This document shows positions 16,490 to 24,000 of a stretch of DNA of 24,000 nucleotides, piece after piece. Made by a program: the position numbers and the translations under genes. Every line of letters starts with the position of its first letter. Position 1 is the stretch's first letter. The notes under the pieces were generated by a model. It was not told where the DNA came from. It saw only the letters and a list, made by a program, of their open reading frames with translations, and searched no databases. Source of the DNA: Hyphomicrobiales bacterium (lineage in GTDB: Bacteria; Pseudomonadota; Alphaproteobacteria; Rhizobiales; Methyloligellaceae); assembly GCA_022361215.1 (NCBI GenBank), contig JAKSBI010000368.1, positions 6,579 to 30,578 on the forward strand. Direction: 5' to 3'.

Positions 16490-16555
16490 GTGTGGTTCCC
16501 CTGAAGTCTCCGCCTCACTGCCCTATGAACGGTTTGCAGCGCCGGGTGTCCCGGG

Positions 16556-17563
16556 CTAGCCCAGCTTCCCCACCGCCACGGCCGTGTCGCACATGCGGTT
16601 CGAGAAGCCCCATTCGTTGTCATACCAGGATAGCACACGGACGAGCTTGCCATCGACGATCTGCGTCTGGGTGAGATCGAAGGTGGACGAGTTCTGATTG
16701 TGGTTGAAGTCGATGGACACCAACGGCTGGTTGACCACGCCGAGCACGCCTTTGAGCTCCTGCTCGGCGGCGCGCTCCATCGCGTCGTTGATCTCCTCGA
16801 CGGACGTCGAGCGTCCGGGCGTGAAGGTGAGGTCGATCAGCGACACGTTGGGTGTCGGGACCCGCACGGCCGTTCCGTCCAGCTTGCCGGAAAGCTCGGG
16901 CAACACCAGCCCGACCGCCTTGGCGGCACCGGTCGAGGTGGGGATGATCGACATGGCGGCCGAACGTGCCCTGCGCAGATCGCCATGCGGCGCGTCCAGA
17001 ATGCGCTGATCGCCGGTATAGGCGTGCACCGTGGTCATGTAGCCCTGCTCGATGCCGCACGTTCTGTGCAGCACCGCGGCCACGGGGGCAAGGCAGTTCG
17101 TGGTGCACGAGGCGTTCGACACCACCTTGTGGTCCGCCGCGAGCTTGTCGTGATTGACCCCATAGACGACCGTCAGGTCGGCGCCCTTCGAGGGGGCCGA
17201 GACCAGGACACGCTTGGCGCCGGCATCCAGATGCGCGGCGGCCTTGTCGCGGTCGGAGAAAATGCCCGTGCACTCCAGTGCCACGTCGATACCGAGATCG
17301 CCCCAAGGCAGTTTGGCTGGATCCCGCTCCGCCAGCACCTTGATCGGGCCCGTTCCGATATCGATCGTATCGCCGTCGACTGCGAGCTCGCCCCGATAGG
17401 GCCCGTGAACGGAGTCGTAGCGGAACAGATGCGCGTTGGTCTCCACCGACGTGATGTCGTTGACCGCTACCACTTCGACGTCGGTGCGCCCCGCCTCGGC
17501 GGCGGCCCGCAACACATTCCGGCCGATCCGGCCAAACCCATTGATTGCTACTCGAATTGCCAT
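16556..17563 (-). CDS. gap: Glyceraldehyde-3-phosphate dehydrogenase (type I)
   Basis: Track ORF 16556-17608 trimmed to ATG at 17563, with the SD GGAGATGGG upstream. N-terminus [20 protein letters not shown], active site [12 protein letters not shown], and [11 protein letters not shown]. Confidence 0.95.
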   Translation of the reverse strand: MAIRVAINGFGRIGRNVLRAAAEAGRTDVEVVAVNDITSVETNAHLFRYDSVHGPYRGELAVDGDTIDIGTGPIKVLAERDPAKLPWGDLGIDVALECTGIFSDRDKAAAHLDAGAKRVLVSAPSKGADLTVVYGVNHDKLAADHKVVSNASCTTNCLAPVAAVLHRTCGIEQGYMTTVHAYTGDQRILDAPHGDLRRARSAAMSIIPTSTGAAKAVGLVLPELSGKLDGTAVRVPTPNVSLIDLTFTPGRSTSVEEINDAMERAAEQELKGVLGVVNQPLVSIDFNHNQNSSTFDLTQTQIVDGKLVRVLSWYDNEWGFSNRMCDTAVAVGKLG

Positions 17564-17870
17564 TGCCCATCTCCAACGCGCGGACGCGTTGCGCCAACGC
17601 CCCGCCACTCTCGATAGTCCAGGGTGATGCCGCGTCGAATGCCGATTTGTCGCTTGAGCCCCTGGATGATTTCACAGGCGCGACGCGGTACGGAACGACC
17701 GCATGGATCCATCGTGATTCGGATGCCGATGCCGTCGGCCGATGCCAAAAGTGGGGCTCGAAACGCCACCGCCGCCGACCCGGCCTGTCTCCGTCGGCGG
17801 CCAAAATGCTCAGATGTCCGTCTCAAGTCAATGTCTTGCAGCGTTGTGGCGACGCTTCGACGCGGAACTG

Positions 17871-17899
17871 TTGACGCCTCAATCGGCAGCCGCCTAATC
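17871..17899 (+). promoter_or_regulatory. Putative sigma-70-type promoter for the DUF4164-zapA unit
   Basis: TTGACG (17871-17876), N17, CTAATC (17894-17899), about 80 nt upstream of the ATG at 17978. This is a motif match only. Confidence 0.4.
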
Positions 17900-17977
17900 T
17901 GCTGGCCAGCGAATTCGATGCGGTTCGCTCTTCGGGGGTCTTAGCGGGGCGACCACGGAACGAGGTACGAGAAGGGG

Positions 17978-18253
17978 ATGGGCAACCCGGATGCAATCGA
18001 GGAGGCCACGTCGCGCCTTTCCACGGCTTTACAGGCGCTTGAAGATTCAGTGATGCGCCAGATGCGGCAGGGACAGACAATCGACGACCTGCAGGAGCAG
18101 ATCCGTTCGCTGACGGTAGAACACGAACGCCTCGTTGCCAGTCTCGAGGCGGAGCGTCAGCGTGCCGACAGGCTGCAGGCCGCAAACGGCGAGGCGTCGA
18201 ACCGCCTGGACACCATCATCAATTCGGTGAAGAGCATTCTGCAGACGGGGTGA
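17978..18253 (+). CDS. Small coiled-coil protein, DUF4164-like (ZauP-like ZapA partner by position)
   Basis: 91 aa with the SD GAGAAGGGG upstream. It is entirely heptad-rich helix (LQEQIRSLTVEHERLVASLEAERQRADRLQAANGEA). It lies immediately upstream of zapA, the arrangement described for Caulobacter ZauP. The family assignment comes from position and composition, not from a motif. Confidence 0.65.
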   Translation: MGNPDAIEEATSRLSTALQALEDSVMRQMRQGQTIDDLQEQIRSLTVEHERLVASLEAERQRADRLQAANGEASNRLDTIINSVKSILQTG

Positions 18254-18298
18254 GGGACGGTGTAGTGCGTGCGGTCCTGTGCGTTGGGAGATTAGGTC

Positions 18299-18679
18299 AT
18301 GGGGCAGGTCAACATTACGCTGAACGGCCGGACGTACAATCTGGAATGCGATGACGGCGAGGAAGACCATCTGATTCGCCTGGCGGGCCAGATGAGCGAG
18401 AACCTGCAGTCGTTGAGGAGCCGGTTCGGACAGGTTGGGGATGATCGGCTGTTGCTCATGGCCGGGCTGATGTTCGCCGACGAGCTGTCCGAGACGCGCA
18501 GGCGACTGGAGGAGCTGCAAGGCAAGCTGGCCGAAATCGGCCGCGACCGGGCGGTCGCGGACGAGCAGACCGACGTGGCCCAGGCAGAAGTGGCCGAGAG
18601 GATCGGCTCGGCCGCAGATCGCATTCAGGAGTTGAACGCACAGCTCAACGGTCGCTCGTCTCCTGCCGAGCAGGAATGA
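18299..18679 (+). CDS. zapA: Cell division protein ZapA
   Basis: 126 aa. The N-terminus MGQVNITLNGRTYNLECDDGEEDHLIRLAGQMSENLQSLRSRFGQVGDDRLLLMAGLMFADEL fits the ZapA family pattern (V.I.GR.Y...C..GEE.HL..LA...D.R.L.MAAL..ADEL) and is followed by a coiled coil. Confidence 0.85.
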   Translation: MGQVNITLNGRTYNLECDDGEEDHLIRLAGQMSENLQSLRSRFGQVGDDRLLLMAGLMFADELSETRRRLEELQGKLAEIGRDRAVADEQTDVAQAEVAERIGSAADRIQELNAQLNGRSSPAEQE

Positions 18680-18690
18680 CGCGCTGGTAC

Positions 18691-18718
18691 TGGACTATTT
18701 ACGATTCTTTCCTACATT
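18691..18718 (+). promoter_or_regulatory. Putative promoter of the 6S RNA gene
   Basis: TGGACT (18691-18696), N16, TACATT (18713-18718). The predicted start near 18724 coincides with the 5' end of the 6S closing stem. A GANTC site at 18703-18707 lies in the spacer. Confidence 0.5.
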
Positions 18719-18721
18719 GCC

Positions 18722-18890
18722 TCTCGCAGGGCTGCGAAGTGCGTTAGGTGCCTTGTTCCCTGGGGCCTATAAGATTCCTTAGGGAGCTGACCCTGAGTGG
18801 GATCGTGGTCTCATTCACTCGGCGCCCACCTACGCAAGTAGGGACCCATAGGGATCGACTGCACCGACGGCTTCGCCGGCCTTGCATCCA
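18722..18890 (+). ncRNA. ssrS: 6S RNA (RNA polymerase-sequestering regulatory RNA); ends approximate to about 10 nt
   Basis: It sits in the conserved zapA / ssrS / 5-formyl-THF cyclo-ligase synteny. A rod-like fold is visible by eye. Closing stem: 18728-18755 with 18861-18883 (GCGAAG:CUUCGC, GGUGC:GCACC). Internal stem: UCCCU..GGG (18757-18766) with CCC..AGGGA (18844-18854). Central bubble carries a 3'-side GNRA hairpin, CCUAC-gcaa-GUAGG (18828-18841). Terminal stem: GAGUG...CACUC (18795-18820). No coding potential. Confidence 0.8.
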
Positions 18891-18968
18891 GGCCTGACCG
18901 GCGTTTTGCGATTTCCCGGCGGAAACAATCCTGTTGCAACATGCGCATGCGGCTGCTTGATAGCGGCG

Positions 18969-19559
18969 ATGAACGACCTCGCGACCATCAAGGACGCCAA
19001 GGCCGCGCTGCGCGTCGAGGCTGGCCGCCGGCGCGCCGGGCTGGATCCTGCGGACCGGGAGGCGGGCGCCCGCAAGGTCGCCATTGCCGGTTTGCCGTTT
19101 CTGGATCCGGGCAGCCGCAGCGTGATCGCGGGATATCGAGCCATAGGCGAGGAGCTCGATCCTTCGCTGCTGCTCGACAGGCTCTTCGAGGAAGGACAGA
19201 CAATCGTCCTGCCCGTGGTCGTGGCAGCAGGTCAGCCGCTCGTCTTCCGCCGCTGGCAGCGGGGCGACCGACTGGAAACTGGTGCCTTCGATGTGCCGGT
19301 CCCCACGCCCGACCAGCCGACGCTTGAGCCCGACCTGTTGTTCGTGCCGATGCTGACGTTCGACCGGTCGGGCTATCGGCTCGGCTATGGCGCGGGCTTT
19401 TACGATCGCACGTTGGCGCGCCTGCGCGCCCGGCGGCCGGTTGTGGCTGTCGGGCTGGCCTTTGCGGAGCAGGAGGTCGATGCCGTGCCGCACGATGCTT
19501 TCGACGAAAAGCTCGATTGGGTCGTGACTCCCGACGGGCCGTTCCGGATCGAAAGATAG
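18969..19559 (+). CDS. 5-formyltetrahydrofolate cyclo-ligase
   Basis: Track ORF 18882-19559 trimmed to ATG 18969; the extension would overlap the 6S RNA. 196 aa. Family pattern: K..LR, LPVV, D....P.L.FD..G.RLGYGAGFYDR, and P.D..LD.VVT. Confidence 0.88.
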   Translation: MNDLATIKDAKAALRVEAGRRRAGLDPADREAGARKVAIAGLPFLDPGSRSVIAGYRAIGEELDPSLLLDRLFEEGQTIVLPVVVAAGQPLVFRRWQRGDRLETGAFDVPVPTPDQPTLEPDLLFVPMLTFDRSGYRLGYGAGFYDRTLARLRARRPVVAVGLAFAEQEVDAVPHDAFDEKLDWVVTPDGPFRIER

Positions 19560-19562
19560 AGC

Positions 19563-20411
19563 ATGCGCATTCTGTTCCTTGGCGATGTCGTCGGCCGGGC
19601 CGGCCGCGAGGCGGTTTTCGAGGAGCTGCCGCGCCTCAGGGAGCGCTACTCACCGGATTTCGTGATCCTGAACGGAGAGAACGCGGCCGGCGGCTTCGGT
19701 ATCACCGAGGCCATCTTCCAGCAGTTTCTCGACGTCGGTGTGGACGTGGTCACGTCCGGAAACCATGTCTGGGATCAGCGCGACGCATTGGTGTTCATCG
19801 AGCGCACGGACCGTCTCCTGCGGCCCGTGAACTTTCCGCCCGGCGCTCCGGGCCGTGGCGTCGGCCTGTTCAGTGCGGCCAACGGCGCACAGATTCTCGT
19901 CATCAACGCCATCGGACGGATTTTCATGTCGGACTCGGACTGCCCGTTTCAGGCTGTCGACCGGGAGCTGGCCGCATGCCCTCTCAAGACAGCTGCGGAC
20001 GCCGTCTTCATCGATTTCCATGCCGAGGCCACGTCGGAGAAGCAGGCTCTGGCGCACCATGTCGACGGGCGTGCCTCTTGCGTCGCCGGCACGCATACGC
20101 ATGTCCCGACATCGGACGATCAGATACTGGTGGGAGGAACCGCTTACATCAGCGATGTCGGTATGTGCGGCGACTACGATTCCGTGCTCGGCATGGAGAA
20201 AGCCGAGCCGATCAGCAGGTTTCTGACGAAGATACCGGGCGGGCGCTTCGAGCCGTCCAAGAATGACGGCACCATCTGCGGCCTGGCCGTCGAGGTCGAC
20301 GACGGCACGGGCCTCGCAAGCGCAGTCTCGCCGGTCCGACGCGGTGGTCGGCTGCGGGCGATCGAGCCGGAGATTTGGTCCGATCCGGCCGTCAGTTCCG
20401 TTTCGGTCTGA
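19563..20411 (+). CDS. YmdB-like metallophosphoesterase (TIGR00282 family; 2',3'-cyclic-nucleotide phosphodiesterase-like)
   Basis: 282 aa: MRILFLGDVVGRAGR...DFVILNGENAAGGFGIT...VVTSGNHVWD...DFHAEATSEK..GTHTHVPT.D, i.e. the metal-binding motifs of the YmdB family. It starts 3 nt after the 5-FCL stop. Confidence 0.9.
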   Translation: MRILFLGDVVGRAGREAVFEELPRLRERYSPDFVILNGENAAGGFGITEAIFQQFLDVGVDVVTSGNHVWDQRDALVFIERTDRLLRPVNFPPGAPGRGVGLFSAANGAQILVINAIGRIFMSDSDCPFQAVDRELAACPLKTAADAVFIDFHAEATSEKQALAHHVDGRASCVAGTHTHVPTSDDQILVGGTAYISDVGMCGDYDSVLGMEKAEPISRFLTKIPGGRFEPSKNDGTICGLAVEVDDGTGLASAVSPVRRGGRLRAIEPEIWSDPAVSSVSV

Positions 20412-20427
20412 CGGCGTCGGGCAGGTC

Positions 20428-20766
20428 TCAGGCGGTCTTGGCTGGCTTCCGGTCGGCGTCGTCCCGCTCAATCGGGATTTCGATCGAAAGCTGCTTCAGG
20501 CAGACGAGCGCCGCGTCGAGGTGGCTCATGGCGATCTCGGCCTTTTCCGGCTCATCGAACAGCATCGTGTGGGCTCGTGCCACGTGATCGGCCGCCTCGT
20601 CGCAAATCGAAGCGAACTGCATGGCACGACCGGCCTGTTGGGCCTTGCCTGGCCTGATTGCGGCCTGTGCAGCCATGCGCAGCATCGTGCCGCTTGCCTC
20701 TGATCGAACCGCGTTCACCGTCTTGGCGAGTTCGTCGACAGCGTCTCTTTTCTTTCCACGGGCCAT
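20428..20766 (-). CDS. Hypothetical small helical protein (112 aa); no family recognised
   Basis: A strong SD, AAGGAGA, lies 7 nt upstream of the ATG (complement of 20764-20766). Third-position GC bias is similar to the neighbouring genes. I saw no TM segment, signal peptide or known motif. Confidence 0.65.
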   Translation of the reverse strand: MARGKKRDAVDELAKTVNAVRSEASGTMLRMAAQAAIRPGKAQQAGRAMQFASICDEAADHVARAHTMLFDEPEKAEIAMSHLDAALVCLKQLSIEIPIERDDADRKPAKTA

Positions 20767-21008
20767 GCCATTCTCCTTTGCTGCCCCCTGGTCACAAGGG
20801 TTGGTCTGGCTGTGAGTCGTGGAGGCAGGCTAGAGCGGTTATGGTTAACGGTTCCTAAACCCGGCCTGTCGCAAGGGTGTATGGAGCTACTTGCGCGCTC
20901 TGGTGCGGCGAGGGGTTGGGCCTATGGATTTTGGCTTGCGCGATTCGTATAAAATGTGGCCAAGACGGACCGGGCGAACTGCGTTTTGACAACCGAGAAG
21001 ACAAGCTC

Positions 21009-21755
21009 ATGGCAGGCCATTCCAAGTTCAAGAACATCATGCACCGCAAGGGTGCCCAGGACAAAAAGCGCTCGAAGATCTTCTCGAAGCTGGCGCGAGA
21101 GATCACCGTTGCGGCGAAGCTCGGCTCCCCCGATCCGGATATGAACCCGCGGCTGCGGACGGCCGTTCAGGCGGCCCGAGCCCAGAACATGCCGAAGGAC
21201 AATATCGACCGCGCTATCAAGAAGAGCCAGGAAGCGGGAGGCGAGAGCTACGAGCAGGTGCGCTACGAAGGCTTCGGCATCGGCGGCGTCGGCGTGATCG
21301 TCGAGGCGCTGACGGACAACCGCAACCGCACCGCGGGCGAGGTCCGATCCACCTTCTCCAAGCATGGCGGCAATCTCGGCGAGACCGGGTCCGTCTCCTT
21401 CATGTTCGAGCGCGTCGGCGCCATCGAGTTCGACGCCGGCACGGCCTCTGCTGACGACATGTTCGAGGCCGCCATCGAGGCGGGCGCAGACGACGTCGAG
21501 TCCGGCGGGGAAGGGCATACGCTTTACTGCGATGCCGAATCACTCCACGAAGTCGCAAAGGCGCTTGAGGAGACGCTCGGAGAGCCGCATAGCGCGCAGA
21601 TAGTCTGGAAGCCCCAGAACAGCGTTCAACTCGATGACGCGAACGGCGAAAAGCTCCTGCGCATGCTCGATGCGCTTGAGGATTCCGACGACGTCCAGCA
21701 GGTCTACGCAAACTTCGAAGTCTCGGACGACGTCATCGAGAAGATGAGTGCCTGA
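21009..21755 (+). CDS. yebC: YebC/PmpR family DNA-binding transcriptional regulator
   Basis: Track ORF 20877-21755 trimmed to ATG 21009. The N-terminus [37 protein letters not shown] is the invariant YebC N-terminus. 248 aa. Confidence 0.95.
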   Translation: MAGHSKFKNIMHRKGAQDKKRSKIFSKLAREITVAAKLGSPDPDMNPRLRTAVQAARAQNMPKDNIDRAIKKSQEAGGESYEQVRYEGFGIGGVGVIVEALTDNRNRTAGEVRSTFSKHGGNLGETGSVSFMFERVGAIEFDAGTASADDMFEAAIEAGADDVESGGEGHTLYCDAESLHEVAKALEETLGEPHSAQIVWKPQNSVQLDDANGEKLLRMLDALEDSDDVQQVYANFEVSDDVIEKMSA

Positions 21756-21812
21756 GGCGAGGCGATCGCCAGGCAGTGCTCGGCCCATCGGCCGGATTCA
21801 CGGAGGCCGCCC

Positions 21813-22340
21813 ATGACCGCATCGGTCCGGATCATCGGTATCGATCCAGGCCTCAGGCGGACGGGCTGGGGCGTTATCGAAAGTGAGGGCGTGCGGCTGG
21901 CCTTCGTTGCCAGCGGGACGGTGTCCTCGAATCCCAAACATGCCCTGTCCGACCGGCTCCGGGATCTGTTCGACGGTTTGACGGCGGTCGTGAACGAATG
22001 GTGCCCCGCCGAGGCTGCCGCGGAACAGACCTTCGTCAACCGCGATGCCGGCGCGACGCTCAAGCTGGGTCAGGCCCGGGGCATTGCGCTGCTCGTGCCC
22101 GCGATCGCAGGCGTTCCCGTCGCGGAATACGCACCGAACATGGTGAAGAAGACCGTGGTCGGCAGCGGTCATGCGGACAAGACCCAGATCCGCGCCATGA
22201 TCGGCCATCTGTTGCCCCGCGCGACCCCGGACAGCGACGACGCCGCCGACGCGCTTGCCGTCGCAGTCACCCATGCGCATCACCGCGACTGGAACGCGCG
22301 GACGGCGGCTGCCGCCGCCTTGGCGGAGAGTGTCCGATGA
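21813..22340 (+). CDS. ruvC: Holliday junction resolvase RuvC
   Basis: 175 aa with the SD GGAGG at 21802-21806. [16 protein letters not shown] (catalytic Asp) and D..DALA.A..H at the C-terminus. Confidence 0.95.
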   Translation: MTASVRIIGIDPGLRRTGWGVIESEGVRLAFVASGTVSSNPKHALSDRLRDLFDGLTAVVNEWCPAEAAAEQTFVNRDAGATLKLGQARGIALLVPAIAGVPVAEYAPNMVKKTVVGSGHADKTQIRAMIGHLLPRATPDSDDAADALAVAVTHAHHRDWNARTAAAAALAESVR

Positions 22341-22954
22341 TCGGCAAGCTTAAGGGCCTGGTCGACTCCTTCGGCGCGGACTGGGTGATCGTCGATGTCG
22401 GAGGTGTGGGCTACGAGGTCACCTGCTCGTCGCGGACCCTTGCCGCGCTCCCACCGGTCGGCGAGGCGGCATCGCTGGCGATCGAGACCTATGTGCGCGA
22501 GGATCAGATCCGGCTGTTCGGTTTCTCCAACGAGGCCGAGCGCGAATGGTTCCGTCTGCTGCAGTCCGTGCAGGGTGTCGGCGCCAAGGTAGCGCTCGGC
22601 ATTCTGAGCACGCTCTCGCCCCAGGATCTGGCCAACGCCGTCGCGCTCCAGGACAAGGCGCAGGTGTCGCGCGCGCCCGGCGTCGGTCCGAAGGTCGCAC
22701 AGCGTATCGTGACAGAGTTGAAGGATCGCATTCCGGCCCTTGGCGTCGCGGCCGCTGCTGATGGAGGCATCGTCCTGCCGGACGCCATGGTGCCGGAAAC
22801 CGCCGCCGCTGCGGATGCCGTTTCCGCGCTCACCAATCTCGGCTACGCCCACACGCAGGCCAGCGCCGCGGTGACGACGGCGACGCGCAAGGCTGGCGAC
22901 GGCGTCGCCGCAGAAGAGCTCATTCGCCTTAGTCTCAAGGAACTGGCGCAATGA
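22337..22954 (+). CDS. ruvA: Holliday junction branch-migration complex subunit RuvA
   Basis: Internal ATG of track ORF 21998-22954, overlapping the ruvC stop (ATGA at 22337-22340). [28 protein letters not shown], plus helix-hairpin-helix motifs [10 protein letters not shown] and [12 protein letters not shown]. Confidence 0.95.
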   Translation: MIGKLKGLVDSFGADWVIVDVGGVGYEVTCSSRTLAALPPVGEAASLAIETYVREDQIRLFGFSNEAEREWFRLLQSVQGVGAKVALGILSTLSPQDLANAVALQDKAQVSRAPGVGPKVAQRIVTELKDRIPALGVAAAADGGIVLPDAMVPETAAAADAVSALTNLGYAHTQASAAVTTATRKAGDGVAAEELIRLSLKELAQ

Positions 22955-24000
22955 GCGAGCGCCTGGTCGAAGCCTCTAAGGGCACGGAGGATCAGCCGGA
23001 GACGTCGCTCCGGCCATTGACGCTCGATGATTTCATCGGCCAGGCGCAGGCCCGAAAGAACCTGAGCGTGTTCATCGAGGCCGCCCGGGCCCGGGCCGAG
23101 GCTCTCGATCACGTCATGTTCGCCGGGCCGCCAGGGCTCGGCAAGACGACCTTGGCGCAGATCGTCGCCCGGGAACTGGGCGTCAACTTCCGGGCCACGT
23201 CCGGCCCCGTGATCGCGAAGGCGGGGGACCTGGCCGCGCTGCTGACCAACCTCGAAGAGCGCGATGTCCTGTTCATCGACGAGATCCATCGGCTGAACCC
23301 GGCCGTGGAGGAAATCCTCTATCCGGCCATGGAGGATTTCCAGCTTGACCTGATCATCGGCGAGGGGCCGGCGGCGCGCTCCGTGCGCATCGAGTTGGCG
23401 CGCTTCACATTGATCGGCGCCACCACGCGCTCCGGCCTGTTGACCACGCCGCTCCGCGACCGCTTCGGCATTCCGATCCGGCTGAACTTCTACGAGGTCG
23501 AGGAGCTACAGCAGATCGTGACCCGCGGCGCCCGCGTGCTCGGCGTCGGCATCAATGACGCCGGCGCCCAGGAGATCGCCTGCCGGTCCCGCGGCACGCC
23601 GCGCATCGCCGGCCGGCTGTTGCGCCGTGTCCGGGATTTCGCCGCTGTCGAAGGGGCCGACATCGTGGACGCCGGCGTGGCCGACCGCGCCTTGCGGCAG
23701 CTCGAGGTGGATGGCAGGGGCCTGGACGCGCTCGACCATCGCTACCTGCGCTGCATCGCCGTCAACTATGGCGGCGGGCCGGTCGGGATCGAGACGCTGT
23801 CGGCAGCCTTGAGCGAGCCGCGCGATGCCATCGAAGAGATCATCGAGCCTTTCCTTCTGCAGCAGGGCTTGATCGGGCGCACGCCGCGTGGGCGGATGTT
23901 GACGGCGCAGGCCTTCGAGCACCTCGGTCTCGATCCGCCGGCGACCGGCGGCAACGGGCAGTTCAAGCTGTTCGAGGGGGACGATCCCGAGAATGGCTGA
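22951..24000 (+). CDS. ruvB: Holliday junction branch-migration DNA helicase RuvB
   Basis: 349 aa. The ATG overlaps the ruvA stop (ATGA). [12 protein letters not shown], Walker [12 protein letters not shown], Walker [10 protein letters not shown], and sensor [16 protein letters not shown]. The stop is at 23998-24000. Confidence 0.95.
   Translation: MSERLVEASKGTEDQPETSLRPLTLDDFIGQAQARKNLSVFIEAARARAEALDHVMFAGPPGLGKTTLAQIVARELGVNFRATSGPVIAKAGDLAALLTNLEERDVLFIDEIHRLNPAVEEILYPAMEDFQLDLIIGEGPAARSVRIELARFTLIGATTRSGLLTTPLRDRFGIPIRLNFYEVEELQQIVTRGARVLGVGINDAGAQEIACRSRGTPRIAGRLLRRVRDFAAVEGADIVDAGVADRALRQLEVDGRGLDALDHRYLRCIAVNYGGGPVGIETLSAALSEPRDAIEEIIEPFLLQQGLIGRTPRGRMLTAQAFEHLGLDPPATGGNGQFKLFEGDDPENG

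Noticed and set aside
17564-17977. Transketolase or pgk pseudogene remnant in the 414-bp spacer upstream of gap.
   Set aside because: None of the six-frame translations shows any transketolase or PGK-like motif that I can recognise. This cannot be excluded without BLASTX, so it appears only as a check under the corresponding finding.
1-24000. Search for CRISPR arrays, IS or transposase genes, integrases, tRNA genes, prophage or toxin-antitoxin modules.
   Set aside because: I saw no direct-repeat/spacer periodicity, no transposase- or integrase-like translations, no tRNA-like T-arm motifs, and no compositional island apart from short intergenic AT-richer spacers.

Overview
The window looks like high-GC (roughly mid-60s %) core chromosome of an alphaproteobacterium, probably Hyphomicrobiales/Rhizobiales-like. 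That placement is an inference from protein families and synteny. It is densely coding, and almost every gene is housekeeping. In order: a truncated TSUP permease, prpE, an SDR, a DUF1013/TrcR-like protein, a quinone oxidoreductase, DUF1192, a DUF1465/RcdA-like protein, rpmE, an ABCB-type exporter, a GNAT, a MotA/MotB-like pair, a suhB-like IMPase, efp, a Sel1-repeat protein, a ThiE-like protein, class I fba, gap, a DUF4164 protein, zapA, 6S RNA, 5-formyl-THF cyclo-ligase, a YmdB-like phosphoesterase, a small orphan protein, yebC and ruvCAB. I saw no mobile element, CRISPR array, tRNA/rRNA gene, or recognisable defence or toxin-antitoxin cassette. Many long ORFs in the six-frame track are antisense or out-of-frame shadows typical of GC-rich DNA. 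Several track ORFs also carry spurious N-terminal extensions, which I trimmed to the start codon that has a Shine-Dalgarno sequence. The items most worth a second look are listed here. (1) A tightly coupled MotA/MotB-type ion-channel/peptidoglycan-anchor pair with long coiled-coil extensions and no flagellar, Tol, Ton or Zorya partner genes nearby. (2) A 431-bp intergenic region with a textbook intrinsic terminator and hairpins, suggesting an unannotated sRNA next to the RcdA-like gene. (3) A 6S RNA in the conserved zapA / 5-FCL position that the ORF track hides under a false ORF extension. (4) A tandem perfect-palindrome intergenic element. (5) A gap-fba arrangement without pgk or tkt, beside a 414-bp non-coding stretch. 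None of these is proven novel from sequence alone, and overall this is an ordinary core region.
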